Below the pieces are notes generated by a model. That model worked only from the letters and a program-made list of their open reading frames with translations, was not told the DNA's origin and ran no database searches. From the NCBI GenBank assembly GCA_964016885.1, contig OZ024741.1, forward strand, positions 402,008,001 to 402,072,000: DNA of 64,000 bases, given 5' to 3'. Source of the stretch: Eledone cirrhosa (Eukaryota). The position numbers and the translations under genes were made by a program. Below, piece by piece: positions 18,701 to 40,400 of this stretch (within the stretch, counting starts at the first letter, position 1; each line of letters starts with the position of its first letter).

Positions 18701-21700
18701 TCACATATATTATATATAACTATATTATAATCACATATATTATATATATATAACTACATCATAATCACATATATTATATATAACTATATTATAATCAAAT
18801 ATATTATATATAACTATATTATAATCACATATATTATATATATATAACTACATTATAATCACATATATTATATATAACTATATTATAATCACATATATTA
18901 TATATAAGTACATTATAATCACATATATTATATATAACTATATTATAATCACATATATTATATATATATAACTACATTATAATCACATATATTATATATA
19001 TATAACTACATTATAATCACATATATTATATATAACTATATTATAATCACATATATTATATATATATAACTACATTATAATCACATATATTATATATATA
19101 TAACTACATTATAATCACATATATTATATATAACTATATTATAATCACATATATTATATATATATAACTATATTAAAATCACATATATTATATATAACTA
19201 TATTATAATCACATATATTATATATAACTACATTATAATCACATATATTATATATAACTACATTATAATCACATATATTATATATATATATAACTATATT
19301 ATAATCACATATATTATATATAACTATATATAATCACGTATATTATATATAACTATATTATAATCACTTATATTATATATAACTATATTATAATCACATA
19401 TATTATATATAACTACATTATAATCACATATATTATATATATAACTATATTATAATCACATATATTATATATAACTACATTATAATCACATATATTATAT
19501 ATAACTACATTATAATCACATATATTATATATATATATAACTATATTATAATCACATATATTATATATAACTATATATAATCACGTATATTATATATAAC
19601 TATATTATAATCACTTATATTATATATAACTATATTATAATCACATATATTATATATAACGACATTATAATCACATATATTATATATATAACTACATTAT
19701 AATCACATATATTATATATAACTACATTATAATCACATATATTATATATAACTACATTATAATCACATATATTATATATAACTACATTATAATCACATAT
19801 ATTATATATAACTACACTATAATCACATGTATTATATATAACTATATTATAATCACATATATTATATATATATAACTATATTATAATCACATATATTATA
19901 TATAACTATATTATAATCACATATATTATATATAACTATATTATAATCACATATATTATATATATATAACTATATTATAATAACATATATTATATATAAC
20001 TATATTATAATCACATATGTTATATATAACTATATTATAATCACATATATTATACATATATAACTACATTATAATCACATATATTATATATATATAACTA
20101 CATTATAATCACATATATTATATATAACTATATTATAATCACATATAATATATATAACTACATTATAATCACATATATTATATATATAACTACATTATAA
20201 TCACATATATTATATATAACTATATTATAATCACATATATTATATATAACTATATTATAATCACATATATTATATATAACTACATTATAATCATATATAT
20301 TATATATAACTACATTATAATCACATATATTATATATATATAACTATATTATAATCACATATATTATATATAACTATATTATAATCACATATATTATATA
20401 TATATAACTATATTATAATCACATATATTATATATAACTACATTATAATCACATATATTATATATATATAACTACATTATAATCACATATATTATATATA
20501 ACTATATTATAATCACATATATTATATATAACTACATTATAATCACATATATTATATATAACTACATTATAATCACATATATTATATATAACTACATTAT
20601 AATCACATATATTATATATAACTATATTATAATTACATATATTATATATATATAACTACATTGTAATCACATATATTATATATAACTACATTATAATCAC
20701 ATGTATTATATATAACTATATTATAATCACATATATTATATATATATAACTACATTATAATCACATATATTATATATAACTACATTATAATCACATGTAT
20801 TATATATAACTATATTATAATCACATATATTATATATAACTACATTATAATCACATATATTATATATAACTATATTATAATCACATATATTATATATAAC
20901 TATATTATAATCACATATATTATATATATACAACTATATTATAATCACATATATTATATATAACTATATTATAATCACATATATTATATATAACTATATT
21001 ATAATCACATATATTATATATAACTATTTTATAATCACATATATTATATATAACTATATTATAATCACATATTATATATAACTACATTATACTCACATAT
21101 ATTATATATAACTATATTATAATCACATATATTATATATAACTACATTATAATCACATATATTATATATATATAACTACCTTATAATCACATATATTATA
21201 TATAACTACATTATAATCACATATATTTTATATAACTATATTATAATCACATATATATTATATAACTACAATATAATCACATATATTATATATAACTACA
21301 TTATAATCACATATATTATATATATATAACTATATTATAATCACAATTATTTTATATATATAACTATATTATAATCACATATATTATATATAACTACATT
21401 ATAATCACATATATTATATATAACTATATTATAATCACATATATTATATATAACTACATTATAATCACATATATTATATATAACTACATTATAATCACAT
21501 ATATTATATATATATAACTATATTATAATCACATATATTATATATATAACTACATGATAATCACATATATTATATATAACTATATCATAATCACATATAT
21601 TATATATAACTATATTATAATCACATATATTATATATATATAACTATATTATAATCACATATATTATATATAACTATATTATAATCACATATATTATATA

Positions 21701-24199
21701 TAACTATATTATAATCACATATATTATATATAACTATATTATAATCACATATATTATATATAACTATATTATAATCACATATTATATATAACTACATTAT
21801 AATCACATATATTATATATAACTATATTATAATCACATATATTTTATATAACTACATTATAATCACATATATTATATATAACTCCATTATAATCACATAT
21901 ATTATATATATATAACTATATTATAATCACATATATTTTATATATATAACTATATTATAATCACATATATTATATATAACTACATTATAATCACATATAT
22001 TATATATAACTACATTATAATCACATATATTATATATATATATAACTATATTATAATCACATATATTATATATAACTATATTATAATCACATATATTATA
22101 TATAACTACATTATAATCACATATATTATATATATATAACTACCGTATAATCACAAATATTATATATAACTACATTATAATCACATATATTATATATAAC
22201 TACATTATAATCACATATATTATATATAACTACATTATAATCACATATATTATATATATATAACTACATTACAAACACATATATTATATATAACTACATT
22301 ATAATCACATATATTATAAATGTATAACTACATTATAATCACATATATTATATATAACTATATTATAATCACATATATTATATATATATAACTACATTAT
22401 AATCACATATATTATATATAACTATATTATAATCAAATATATTATATATATATAACTATATTATACTCACATATATTATATATAACTATATTATAATCAC
22501 ATATATTATATATAACTATATTATAATCACATATATTATATATAACTATATTATAATCACATATATTATATATAACTATATTATAATCACATATATTATA
22601 TATAACTATATTATAATCACATATTATATATAACTACATTATAATCACATATATTATATATAACTATATTATAATCACATATATTATATATAACTACATT
22701 ATAATCACATATATTATATATATATAACTACCTTATAATCACATATATTATATATAACTACATTATAATCACATATATTATATATAACTATATTATAATC
22801 ACATATATTTTATATAACTACATTATAATCACATATATTATATATATATAACTATATTATAATCACATATATTATATATAACTACATTATAATCACATAT
22901 ATTATATATAACTATATCATAATCACATATATTATATATAACTATATTATAATCACATATATTATATATATATAACTATATTATAATCACATATATTATA
23001 TATAACTATATTATAATCACATATATTATATATAACTATATTATAATCACATATATTATATATAACTATATTATAATCACATATATTATATATAACTATA
23101 TTATAATCACATATTATATATAACTACATTATAATCACATATATTATATATAACTATATTATAATCACATATATTTTATATAACTACATTATAATCACAT
23201 ATATTATATATAACTCCATTATAATCACATATATTATATATATATAACTATATTATAATCACATATATTTTATATATATAACTATATTATAATCACATAT
23301 ATTATATATAACTACATTATAATCACATATATTATATATAACTACATTATAATCACATATATTATATATATATAACTATATTATAATCACATATATTATA
23401 TATAACTATATTATAATCACATATATTATATATATATAACTACATTATAATCACATATATTATATATATATAACTACATTATAATCACATATATTATATA
23501 TAACTATATTATAATCACATATATTATATATATATAACTATATTAAAATAACATATATTATATATAACTATATTATAATCACATATATTATATATAACTA
23601 CATTATAATCACATATATTATATATAACTACATTATAATCACATATATTATATATATATATAACTATATTATAATCACATATATTATATATAACTATATA
23701 TAATCACGTATATTATATATAACTATATTATAATCCCTTATATTATATATAACTATATTATAATCACATATATTATATATAACTACATTATAATCACATA
23801 TATTATATATATAACTATATTGTAATAACATATATTATATATAACTACATTATAATCACATATATTATATATAACTACATTATAATCACATATATTATAT
23901 ATATATATAACTATATTATAATCACATATATTATATATAACTATATATAATCACGTATATTATATATAACTATATTATAATCACTTATATTATATATAAC
24001 TATATTATAATCACATATATTATATATAACTACATTATAATCACATATATTATATATATAACTATATTATAATCACATATATTATATATAACTACATTAT
24101 AATCACATATATTATATATAACTACATTATAATCACATATATTATATATAACTATATTATAATCACATATATTATATATAAATAACTGCATTATAATCA

Positions 24200-27100
24200 C
24201 ATATATTATATATAAATAACTACATTATAATCACATATATTATATATAACTACATTATAATCACATATATTATATATAACTATATTATAATCACATATAT
24301 TATATATAACTACACTATAATGACATGTATTATATATAACTATATTATAATCACATATATTATATATATATAACTATAATATAATCACATATATTATATA
24401 TAACTATATTATAATCACATATATTATATATAACTATATTATAATCACATATGTTATATATAACTATATTATAATCACATATATTATACATATATAACTA
24501 CATTATAATCACATATATTATATATATATAACTACATTATAATCACATATATTATATATAACTATATTATAATCACATATAATATATATAACTACATTAT
24601 AATCACATATATTATATATAACTATATTATAATCACATATATTATATATAACTATATTATAATCACATATATTATATATAACTACATTATAATCATATAT
24701 ATTATATATAACTACATTATAATCACATATATTATATATATATAACTATATTATAATCACATATATTATATATAACTATATTATAATCACATATATTATA
24801 TATATATAACTACATTGTAATCACATATATTATATATAACTACATTATAATCACATGTATTATATATAACTATATTATAATCACATATATTATATATATA
24901 TAACTACATTATAATCACATATATTATATATAACTACATTATAATCACATGTATTATATATAACTATATTATAATCACATATATTATATATAACTACATT
25001 ATAATCACATATATTATATATAACTATATTATAATCACATATATTATATATAACTATATTATAATCACATATATTATATATATACAACTATATTATAATC
25101 ACATATATTATATATAACTATATTATAATCACATATATTATATATAACTATATTATAATCACATATATTATATATAACTATTTTATAATCACATATATTA
25201 TATATAACTATATTATAATCACATATTATATATAACTACATTATACTCACATATATTATATATAACTATATTATAATCACATATATTATATATAACTACA
25301 TTATAATCACATATATTATATATATATAACTATATTATAATCACATATATTTTATATATATAACCATATTATAATCACATATATTATATATAACTACATT
25401 ATAATCACATATATTATATATAACTATATTATAATCACATATATTATATATAACTACATTATAATCACATATATTATATATAACTACATTATAATCACTT
25501 ATATTATATATATATAACTATATTATAATCACATATATTATATATAACTACATTATAATCACATATATTATATATAACTATATCATAATCACATATATTA
25601 TATATAACTATATTATAATCACATATATTATATATATATAACTATATTATAATCACATATATTATATATAACTATATTACAATCACGTATATTATATATA
25701 ACTATATTATAATCACATATATTATATATAACTATATTATAATCACATATATTATATATAACTATATTATAATCACATATTATATATAACTACATTATAA
25801 TCACATATATTATATATAACTATATTATAATCACATATATTTTATATAACTACATTATAATCACATATATTATATATAACTCCATTATAATCACATATAT
25901 TATATATATATAACTATATTATAATCACATATATTTTATATATATAACTATATTATAATCACATATATTATATATAACTACATTATAATCACATATATTA
26001 TATATAACTACATTATAATCACATATATTATATATATATAACTATATTATAATCACATATATTATATATATAACTATATTACAATCACATATATTATATA
26101 TAACTACATTATAATCACATATATTATATATATATAACTACCTTATAATCACATATATTATGTATAACTACACTATAATCACATATATTATATATAACTA
26201 CATTATAATCACATATATTATATATAACTACATTATAATCACATATATTATATATATATAACTACATTATAAACACATATATTATATATAACTACATTAT
26301 AATCACATATATTATAAATGTATAACTACATTATAATCACATATATTATATATAACTATATTATAATCACATATATTATATATATATAACTACATTATAA
26401 TCACATATATTATATATAACTATATTATAATCAAATATATTATATATATATAACTATATTATAATCACATATATTATATATAACTATATTATAATCACAT
26501 ATATTATATATAACTATATTATAATCACATATATTATATATAACTATATTATAATCACATATATTATATATAACTATATTATAATCACATATATTATATA
26601 TAACTATATTATAATCACATATTATATATAACTACATTATAATCACATATATTATATATAACTATATTATAATCACATATATTATATATAACTATATTAT
26701 AATCACATATATTATATATATATAACTACCTTATAATCACATATATTATATATAACTACATTATAATCACATATATTATATATAACTATATTATAATCAC
26801 ATATATTTTATATAACTACATTATAATCACATATATTATATATATATAACTATATTATAATCACATATATTATATATAACTACATTATCATCACATATAT
26901 TATATATAACTATATCATAATCACATATATTATATATAACTATATTATAATCACATATATTATATATATATAACTATATTATAATCACATATATTATATA
27001 TAACTATATTATAATCACATATATTATATATAACTATATTATAATCACATATATTATATATAACTATATTATAATCACATATATTATAAATAACTATATT

Positions 27101-30100
27101 ATAATCACATATTATATATAACTACATTATAATCACATATATTATATATAACTATATTATAATCACATATATTTTATATAACTACATTATAATCACATAT
27201 ATTATATATAACTCCATTATAATCACATATATTATATATATATAACTATATTATAATCACATATATTTTTATATATATAACTATATTATAATCACATATA
27301 TTATATATAACTACATTATAATCACATATATTATATATAACTACATTATAATCACATATATTATATATATATAACTATATTATAATCACATATATTATAT
27401 ATAACTATATTATAATCACATATATTATATATAACTACATTATAATCACATATATTATATATAACTACCTTATAATCACATATATTATATATAACTACAT
27501 TATAATCACATATATTATATATAACTACATTATAATCACATATATTATATATAACCACATTATAATCACATATATTATATATATATAACTACATTATAAA
27601 CACATATATTATATATAACTACATTATAATCACATATATTATAAATGTATAACTACATTATAATCACATATATTATATATAACTATATTATAATCACAGA
27701 TATTATATATATTTAACTACATTATAATCACATATATTATATATAACTATATTATAATCAAATATATTATATTATATATAACTATATTATAATCACATAT
27801 ATTATATATAACTATATTATAATCACATATATTATATATAACTATATTATAATCACATATTATATATAACTACATTATAATCACATATATTATATATAAC
27901 TATATTATAATCACATATATTATATATAACTACATTATAATCACATATATTATATATATATAACTACCTTATAATCACATATATTATATATAACTACATT
28001 ATAATCACATATATTATATATAACTATATTATAATCACATATATTTTATATAACTACATTATAATCACATATATTATATATAACTATATTATAATCACAT
28101 ATATTATATATAACTACACTATAATGACATGTATTATATATAACTATATTATAATCACATATATTATATATATATAACTATAATATAATCACATATATTA
28201 TATATAACTATATTATAATCACATATATTATATATAACTATATTATAATAACATATGTTATATATAACTATATTATAATCACATATATTATACATATATA
28301 ACTACATTATAATCACATATATTATATATATATAACTACATTATAATCACATATATTATATATAACTATATTATAATCACATATATTTTATATAACTACA
28401 TTATAATCACATATATTATATATAACTCCATTATAATCACATATATTATATATATATAACTATATTATAATCACTTATATTTTATATATATAACTATATT
28501 ATAATCACATATATTATATATAACTACATTATAATCACATATATTATATATAACTACATTATAATCACATATATTATATATATATAACTATATTATAATC
28601 ACATATATTATATATAACTATATTATAATCACATATATTATATATAACTACATTATAATCACATATATTATATATATATAACTACCTTATAATCACATAT
28701 ATTATATATAACTACATTATAATCACATATATTATATATAACTACATTATAATCACATATATTATATATAACTACATTATAATCACATATATTATATATA
28801 TATAACTACATTATAAACACATATATTATATATAACTACATTATAATCACATATATTATAAATGTATAACTACATTATAATCACATATATTATATATAAC
28901 TATATTATAATCACATATATTATATATATTTAACTACATTATAATCACATATATTATATATAACTATATTATAATCAAATATATTATATATATATAACTA
29001 TATTATAATCACATATATTATATATAACTATATTATAATCACATATATTATATATAACTATATTATAATCACATATATTATATATAACTATATTATAATC
29101 ACATATATTATATATAACTATATTATAATCACATATTATATATAACTACATTATAATCACATATATTATATATAACTATATTATAATCACATATATTATA
29201 TATAACTACATTATAATCACATATATTATATATATATAACAACCTTATAATAACATATATTATATATAACTACATTATAATCACATATATTATATATAAC
29301 TATATTATAATCACATATATTTTATATAACTACATTATAATCACATATATTATATATAACTACATTATAATCACATATATTATATATATATAACTATATT
29401 ATAATCACATATATTTATATATATAACTATATTATAATCACATATATTATAATTAACTACATTATAATCACATATATTATATATAACTATATTATAATCA
29501 CATATATTATATATAACTACATTATAATCACATATATTATATATAACTACATTATAATCACATATATTATATATATATAACTATATTATAATCACATATA
29601 TTATATATAACTACATTATAATCACATATATTATATATAACTATATTATAATCACATATATTATATATAACTATATTATAATCACATATATTATATATAT
29701 ATAACTATATTATAATCACATATATTATATATAACTATATTATAATCACATATATTATATATAACTATATTATAATCACATATATTATATATAACTATAT
29801 TATAATCACATATATTATATATAACTATATTATAATCACATATTATATATAACTACATTATAATCACATATATTATATATAACTATATTATAATCACATA
29901 TATTTTATATAACTACATTATAATCACATATATTATATATAACTCCATTATAATCACATATATTATATATATATAACTATATTATAATCACATATATTAT
30001 ATATAACTACATTATAATCACATGTATTATATATAACTATATTATAATCACATATATTATATATATATAACTACATTATAATCACATATATTATATATAA

Positions 30101-33100
30101 CTACATTATAATCACATGTATTATATATAACTATATTATAATCACATATATTATATATAACTACATTATAATCACATATATTATATATAAGTATATTATA
30201 ATCACATATATTATATATAACTATATTATAATCACATATATTATATATATACAACTATATTATAATCACATATATTATATATAACTATATTATAATCACA
30301 TATATTATATATAACTATATTATAATCACATATATTATATATAACTATTTTATAATCACATATATTATATATAACTATATTATAATCACATATTATATAT
30401 AACAACATTATACTCACATATATTATATATAAGTATATTATAATCACATATATTATATATAACTATATTATAATCACATATATTATATATATACAACTAT
30501 ATTATAATCACATATATTATATATAACTATATTATAATCACATATATTATATATAACTATATTATAATCACATATATTATATATAACTATTTTATAATCA
30601 CATATATTATATATAACTACATTATAATCACATATATTATATATAAATAACTACATTATAATCACATATAATATATATAACTACATTATAATCACATATA
30701 TTATATATAACTATATTATAATCACATATATTATATATAACTACACTATAATGACATGTATTATATATAACTATATTATAATCACATATATTATATATAT
30801 ATAACTATAATATAATCACATATATTATATATAACTATATTATAATCACATATATTATATATAACTATATTATAATCACATATGTTATATATAACTATAT
30901 TATAATCACATATATTATACATATATAACTACATTATAATCACATATATTATATATATATAACTACATTATAATCACATATATTATATATAACTATATTA
31001 TAATCACATATAATATATATAACTACATTATAATCACATATATTATATATACCTATATTATAATCACATATATTATATATAACTATATTATAATCACATA
31101 TATTATATATAACTACATTATAATCATATATATTATATATAACTACATTATAATCACATATATTATATATATATAACTATATTATAATCACATATATTAT
31201 ATATAACTATATTATAATCACATATATTATATATATATAACTACATTGTAATCACATATATTATATATAACTACATTATAATCACATGTATTATATATAA
31301 CTATATTATAATCACATATATTATATATATATAACTACATTATAATCACATATATTATATATAACTACATTATAATCACATGTATTATATATAACTATAT
31401 TATAATCACATATATTATATATAACTACATTATAATCACATATATTATATATAACTATATTATAATCACATATATTATATATAACTATATTATAATCACA
31501 TATATTATATATATACAACTATATTATAATCACATATATTATATATAACTATATTATAATCACATATATTATATATAACTATATTATAATCACATATATT
31601 ATATATAACTATTTTATAATCACATATATTATATATAACTATATTATAATCACATATTATATATAACTACATTATACTCACATATATTATATATAACTAT
31701 ATTATAATCACATATATTATATATAACTACATTATAATCACATATATTATATATATATAACTATATTATAATCACATATATTTTATATATATAACCATAT
31801 TATAATCACATATATTATATATAACTACATTATAATCACATATATTATATATAACTATATTATAATCACATATATTATATATAACTACATTATAATCACA
31901 TATATTATATATAACTACATTATAATCACATATATTATATATATATAACTATATTATAATCACATATATTATATATAACTACATTATAATCACATATATT
32001 ATATATAACTATATCATAATCACATATATTATATATAACTATATTATAATCACATATATTATATATATATAACTATATTATAATCACATATATTATATAT
32101 AACTATATTACAATCACGTATATTATATATAACTATATTATAATCACATATATTATATATAACTATATTATAATCACATATATTATATATAACTATATTA
32201 TAATCACATATTATATATAACTACATTATAATCACATATATTATATATAACTATATTATAATCACATATATTTTATATAACTACATTATAATCACATATA
32301 TTATATATAACTCCATTATAATCACATATATTATATATATATAACTATATTATAATCACATATATTTTATATATATAACTATATTATAATCACATATATT
32401 ATATATAACTACATTATAATCACATATATTATATATAACTACATTATAATCACATATATTATATATATATAACTATATTATAATCACATATATTATATAT
32501 AACTATATTACAATCACATATATTATATATAACTACATTATAATCACATATATTATATATATATAACTACCTTATAATCACATATATTATGTATAACTAC
32601 ACTATAATCACATATATTATATATAACTACATTATAATCACATATATTATATATAACTACATTATAATCACATATATTATATATATATAACTACATTATA
32701 AACACATATATTATATATAACTACATTATAATCACATATATTATAAATGTATAACTACATTATAATCACATATATTATATATAACTATATTATAATCACA
32801 TATATTATATATATATAACTACATTATAATCACATATATTATATATAACTATATTATAATCAAATATATTATATATATATAACTATATTATAATCACATA
32901 TATTATATATAACTATATTATAATCACATATATTATATATAACTATATTATAATCACATATATTATATATAACTATATTATAATCACATATATTATATAT
33001 AACTATATTATAATCACATATATTATATATAACTATATTATAATCACATATTATATATAACTACATTATAATCACATATATTATATATAACTATATTATA

Positions 33101-34490
33101 ATCACATATATTATATATAACTACATTATAATCACATATATTATATATATATAACTACCTTATAATCACATATATTATATATAACTACATTATAATCACA
33201 TATATTATATATAACTATATTATAATCACATATATTTTATATAACTACATTATAATCACATATATTATATATATATAACTATATTATAATCACATATATT
33301 ATATATAACTACATTATCATCACATATATTATATATAACTATATCATAATCACATATATTATATATAACTATATTATAATCACATATATTATATATATAT
33401 AACTATATTATAATCACATATATTATATATAACTATATTATAATCACATATATTATATATAACTATATTATAATCACATATATTATATATAACTATATTA
33501 TAATCACATATATTATATATAACTATATTATAATCACATATTATATATAACTACATTATAATCACATATATTATATATAACTATATTATAATCACATATA
33601 TTTTATATAACTACATTATAATCACATATATTATATATAACTCCATTATAATCACATATATTATATATATATAACTATATTATAATCACATATATTTTAT
33701 ATATATAACTATATTATAATCACATATATTATATATAACTACATTATAATCACATATATTATATATAACTACATTATAATCACATATATTATATATATAT
33801 AACTATATTATAATCACATATATTATATATAACTATATTATAATCACATATATTATATATAACTACATTATAATCACATATATTATATATAACTACCTTA
33901 TAATCACATATATTATATATAACTACATTATAATCACATATATTATATATAACTACATTATAATCACATATATTATATATAACCACATTATAATCACATA
34001 TATTATATATATATAACTACATTATAAACACATATATTATATATAACTACATTATAATCACATATATTATAAATGTATAACTACATTATAATCACATATA
34101 TTATATATAACTATATTATAATCACATATATTATATATATTTAACTACATTATAATCACATATATTATATATAACTATATTATAATCAAATATATTATAT
34201 TATATATAACTATATTATAATCACATATATTATATATAACTATATTATAATCACATATATTATATATAACTATATTATAATCACATATTATATATAACTA
34301 CATTATAATCACATATATTATATATAACTATATTATAATCACATATATTATATATAACTACATTATAATCACATATATTATATATATATAACTACCTTAT
34401 AATCACATATATTATATATAACTACATTATAATCACATATATTATATATAACTATATTATAATCACATATATTTTATATAACTACATTAT
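24200..34490. repeat. Duplicated ~3.9-kb satellite block (about 24200-28070 and 30640-34490), offset ~6430 bp
   Basis: Markers AATGACATG at 24322/30753 and AACCATATT at 25364/31795; ORF pairs 24890/31321 and 27361/33789. Confidence 0.8.
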
Positions 34491-37400
34491 AATCACATAT
34501 ATTATATATATATAACTATATTATAATCACATATATTATATATAACTACATTATAATCACATATATTATATATAACTATATCATAATCACATATATTATA
34601 TATAACTATATTATAATCACATATATTATATATATTTAACTACATTATAATCACATATATTATATATAACTATATTATAATCAAATATATTATATATATA
34701 TAACTATATTATAATCACATATATTATATATAACTATATTATAATCACATATATTATATATAACTATATTATAATCACATATATTATATATAACTATATT
34801 ATAATCACATATATTATATATAACTATATTATAATCACATATTATATATATCTACATTATAATCACATATATTATATATAACTATATTATAATCACATAT
34901 ATTATATATAACTACATTATAATCACATATATTATATATATATAACTACCTTATAATAACATATATTATATATAACTACATTATAATCACATATATTATA
35001 TATAACTATATTATAATCACATATATTTTATATAACTACATTATAATCACATATATTATATATAACTACATTATAATCACATATATTATATATATATAAC
35101 TATATTATAATCACATATATTTTATATATATAACTATATTATAATCACATATATTATAATTAACTACATTATAATCACATATATTATATATAACTATATT
35201 ATAATCACATATATTATATATAACTACATTATAATCACATATATTATATATAACTACATTATAATCACATATATTATATATATATAACTATATTATAATC
35301 ACATATATTATATATAACTACATTATAATCACATATATTATATATAACTATATTATAATCACATATATTATATATAACTATATTATAATCACATATATTA
35401 TATATATATAACTATATTATAATCACATATATTATATATAACTATATTATAATCACATATATTATATATAACTATATTATAATCACATATATTATATATA
35501 ACTATATTATAATCACATATATTATATATAACTATATTATAATCACATATTATATATAACTACATTATAATCACATATATTATATATAACTATATTATAA
35601 TCACATATATTTTATATAACTACATTATAATCACATATATTATATATAACTCCATTATAATCACATATATTATATATATATAACTATATTATAATCACAT
35701 ATATTATATATAACTACATTATAATCACATGTATTATATATAACTATATTATAATCACATATATTATATATATATAACTACATTATAATCACATATATTA
35801 TATATAACTACATTATAATCACATGTATTATATATAACTATATTATAATCACATATATTATATATAACTACATTATAATCACATATATTATATATAAGTA
35901 TATTATAATCACATATATTATATATAACTATATTATAATCACATATATTATATATATACAACTATATTATAATCACATATATTATATATAACTATATTAT
36001 AATCACATATATTATATATAACTATATTATAATCACATATATTATATATAACTATTTTATAATCACATATATTATATATAACTATATTATAATCACATAT
36101 TATATATAACAACATTATACTCACATATATTATATATAACTATATTATAATCACATATATTATATATAACTACATTATAATCACATATATTATATATATA
36201 TAACTACCTTATAATCACATATATTATATATATATAACTATATTATAATCACATATATTATATATAACTATATTATAATCACATATATTATATATAACTA
36301 TATTATAATCACATATATTATATATAACTATATTATAATCACATATATTATATATAACTATATTATAATCACATATTATATATAACTACATTATAATCAC
36401 ATATATTATATATAACTATATTATAATCACATATATTTTATATAACTACATTATAATCACATATATTATATATAACTCCATTATAATCACATATATTATA
36501 TATATATAACTATATTATAATCACATATATTTTATATATATAACTATATTATAATCACATATATTATATATAACTACATTATAATCACATATATTATATA
36601 TAACTACATTATAATCACATATATTATATATATATAACTATATTATAATCACATATATTATATATAACTATATTATAATCACATATATTATATATAACTA
36701 CATTATAATCACATATATTATATATAACTACCTTATAATCACATATATTATATATAACTACATTATAATCACATATATTATATATAACTACATTATAATC
36801 ACATATATTATATATAACTACATTATAATCACATATATTATATATATATAACTACATTATAAACACATATATTATATATAACTACATTATAATCACATAT
36901 ATTATAAATGTATAACTACATTATAATCACATACATTATATATAACTATATTATAATCACATATATTATATATATTTAACTACATTATAATCACATATAT
37001 TATATATAACTATATTATAATCAAATATATTATATTATATATAACTATATTATAATCACATATATTATATATAACTATATTATAATCACATATATTATAT
37101 ATAACTATATTATAATCACATATTATATATAACTACATTATAATCACATATATTATATATAACTATATTATAATCACATATATTATATATAACTACATTA
37201 TAATCACATATATTATATATATATAACTACCTTATAATCACATATATTATATATAACTACATTATAATCACATATATTATATATATAACTATATTATAAT
37301 CACATATATTTTATATAACTACATTATAATCACATATATTATATATATATAACTATATTATAATCACATATATTATATATAACTACATTATAATCACATA

Positions 37401-40400
37401 TATTATATATAACTATATCATAATCACATATATTATATATAACTATATTATAATCACATATATTATATATATATAACTATATTATAATCACATATATTAT
37501 ATATAACTATATTATAATCACATATATTATATATAACTATATTATAATCACATATTATATATAACTATATTATAATCACATATATTATATATAACTATAT
37601 TATAATCACATATTATATATAACTACATTATAATCACATATATTATATATAACTATATTATAATCACATATATTTTATATAACTACATTATAATCACATA
37701 TATTATATATAACTCCATTATAATCACATATATTATATATATATAACTATATTATAATCACTTATATTTTATATATATAACTATATTATAATCACATATA
37801 TTATATATAACTACATTATAATCACATATATTATATATAACTACATTATAATCACATATATTATATATATATAACTATATTATAATCACATATATTATAT
37901 ATAACTATATTATAATCACATATATTATATATAACTACATTATAATCACATATATTATATATATATAACTACCTTATAATCACATATATTATATATAACT
38001 ACATTATAATCACATATATTATATATAACTACATTATAATCACATATATTATATATAACTACATTATAATCACATATATTATATATATATAACTACATTA
38101 TAAACACATATATTATATATAACTACATTATAATCACATATATTATAAATGTATAACTACATTATAATCACATATATTATATATAACTATATTATAATCA
38201 CATATATTATATATATTTAACTACATTATAATCACATATATTATATATAACTATATTATAATCAAATATATTATATATATATAACTATATTATAATCACA
38301 TATATTTTATATATATAACTATATTATAATCACATATATTATAATTAACTACATTATACTCACATATATTATATATAACTATATTATAATCACATATATT
38401 ATATATAACTACATTATAATCACATATATTATATATAACTACATTATAATCACATATATTATATATATATAACTATATTATAATCACATATATTATATAT
38501 AACTACATTATAATCACATATATTATATATAACTATATTATAATCACATATATTATATATAACTATATTATAATCACATATATTATATATATATAACTAT
38601 ATTATAATCACATATATTATATATAACTATATTATAATCACATATATTATATATAACTATATTATAATCACATATATTATATATAACTATATTATAATCA
38701 CATATATTATATATAACTATATTATAATCACATATTATATATAACTACATTATAATCACATATATTATATATAACTATATTATAATCACATATATTTTAT
38801 ATAACTACATTATAATCACATATATTATATATAACTCCATTATAATCACATATATTATATATATATAACTATATTATAATCACATATATTATATATAACT
38901 ACATTATAATCACATGTATTATATATAACTATATTATAATCACATATATTATATATATATAACTACATTATAATCACATATATTATATATAACTACATTA
39001 TAATCACATGTATTATATATAACTATATTATAATCACATATATTATATATAACTACATTATAATCACATATATTATATATAAGTATATTATAATCACATA
39101 TATTATATATAACTATATTATAATCACATATATTATATATATACAACTATATTATAATCACATATATTATATATAACTATATTATAATCACATATATTAT
39201 ATATAACTATATTATAATCACATATATTATATATAACTATTTTATAATCACATATATTATATATAACTATATTATAATCACATATTATATATAACAACAT
39301 TATACTCACATATATTATATATAACTATATTATAATCACATATATTATATATAACTACATTATAATCACATATATTATATATATATAACTACCTTATAAT
39401 CACATATATTATATATAACTACATTATAATCACATATATTATATATAACTATATTATAATCACATATATTTTATATAACTACATTATAATCACATATATT
39501 ATATATAACTACATTATAATCACATATATTATATATATATAACTATATTATAATCACATATATTTTATATATATAACTATATTATAATCACATATATTAT
39601 ATATAACTACATTATAATCACATATATTATATATAACTATATTATAATCACATATATTATATATAACTACATTATAATCACATATATTATATATAACTAC
39701 ATTATAATCACATATATTATATATATATAACTATATTATAATCACATATATTATATATAACTACATTATAATCACATATATTATATATAACTATATTATA
39801 ATCACATATATTATATATAACTATATTATAATCACATATATTATATATATATAACTATATTATAATCACATATATTATATATAACTATATTATAATCACA
39901 TATATTATATATAACTATATTATAATCACATATATTATATATAACTATATTATAATCACATATATTATATATATATAACTATATTATAATCACATATATT
40001 TTATATATATAACTATATTATAATCACATATTATATATAACTACATTATAATCACATATATTATATATAACTATATTATAATCACATATATTTTATATAA
40101 CTACATTATAATCACATATATTATATATAACTCCATTATAATCACATATATTATATATATATAACTATATTATAATCACATATATTTTATATATATAACT
40201 ATATTATAATCACATATATTATATATAACTACATTATAATCACATATATTATATATAACTATATTATAATCACATATATTATATATAGCTACATTATAAT
40301 CACATATATTATATATAACTACATTATAATCACATATATTATATATATATAACTATATTATAATCACATATATTATATATAACTATATTATAATCACATA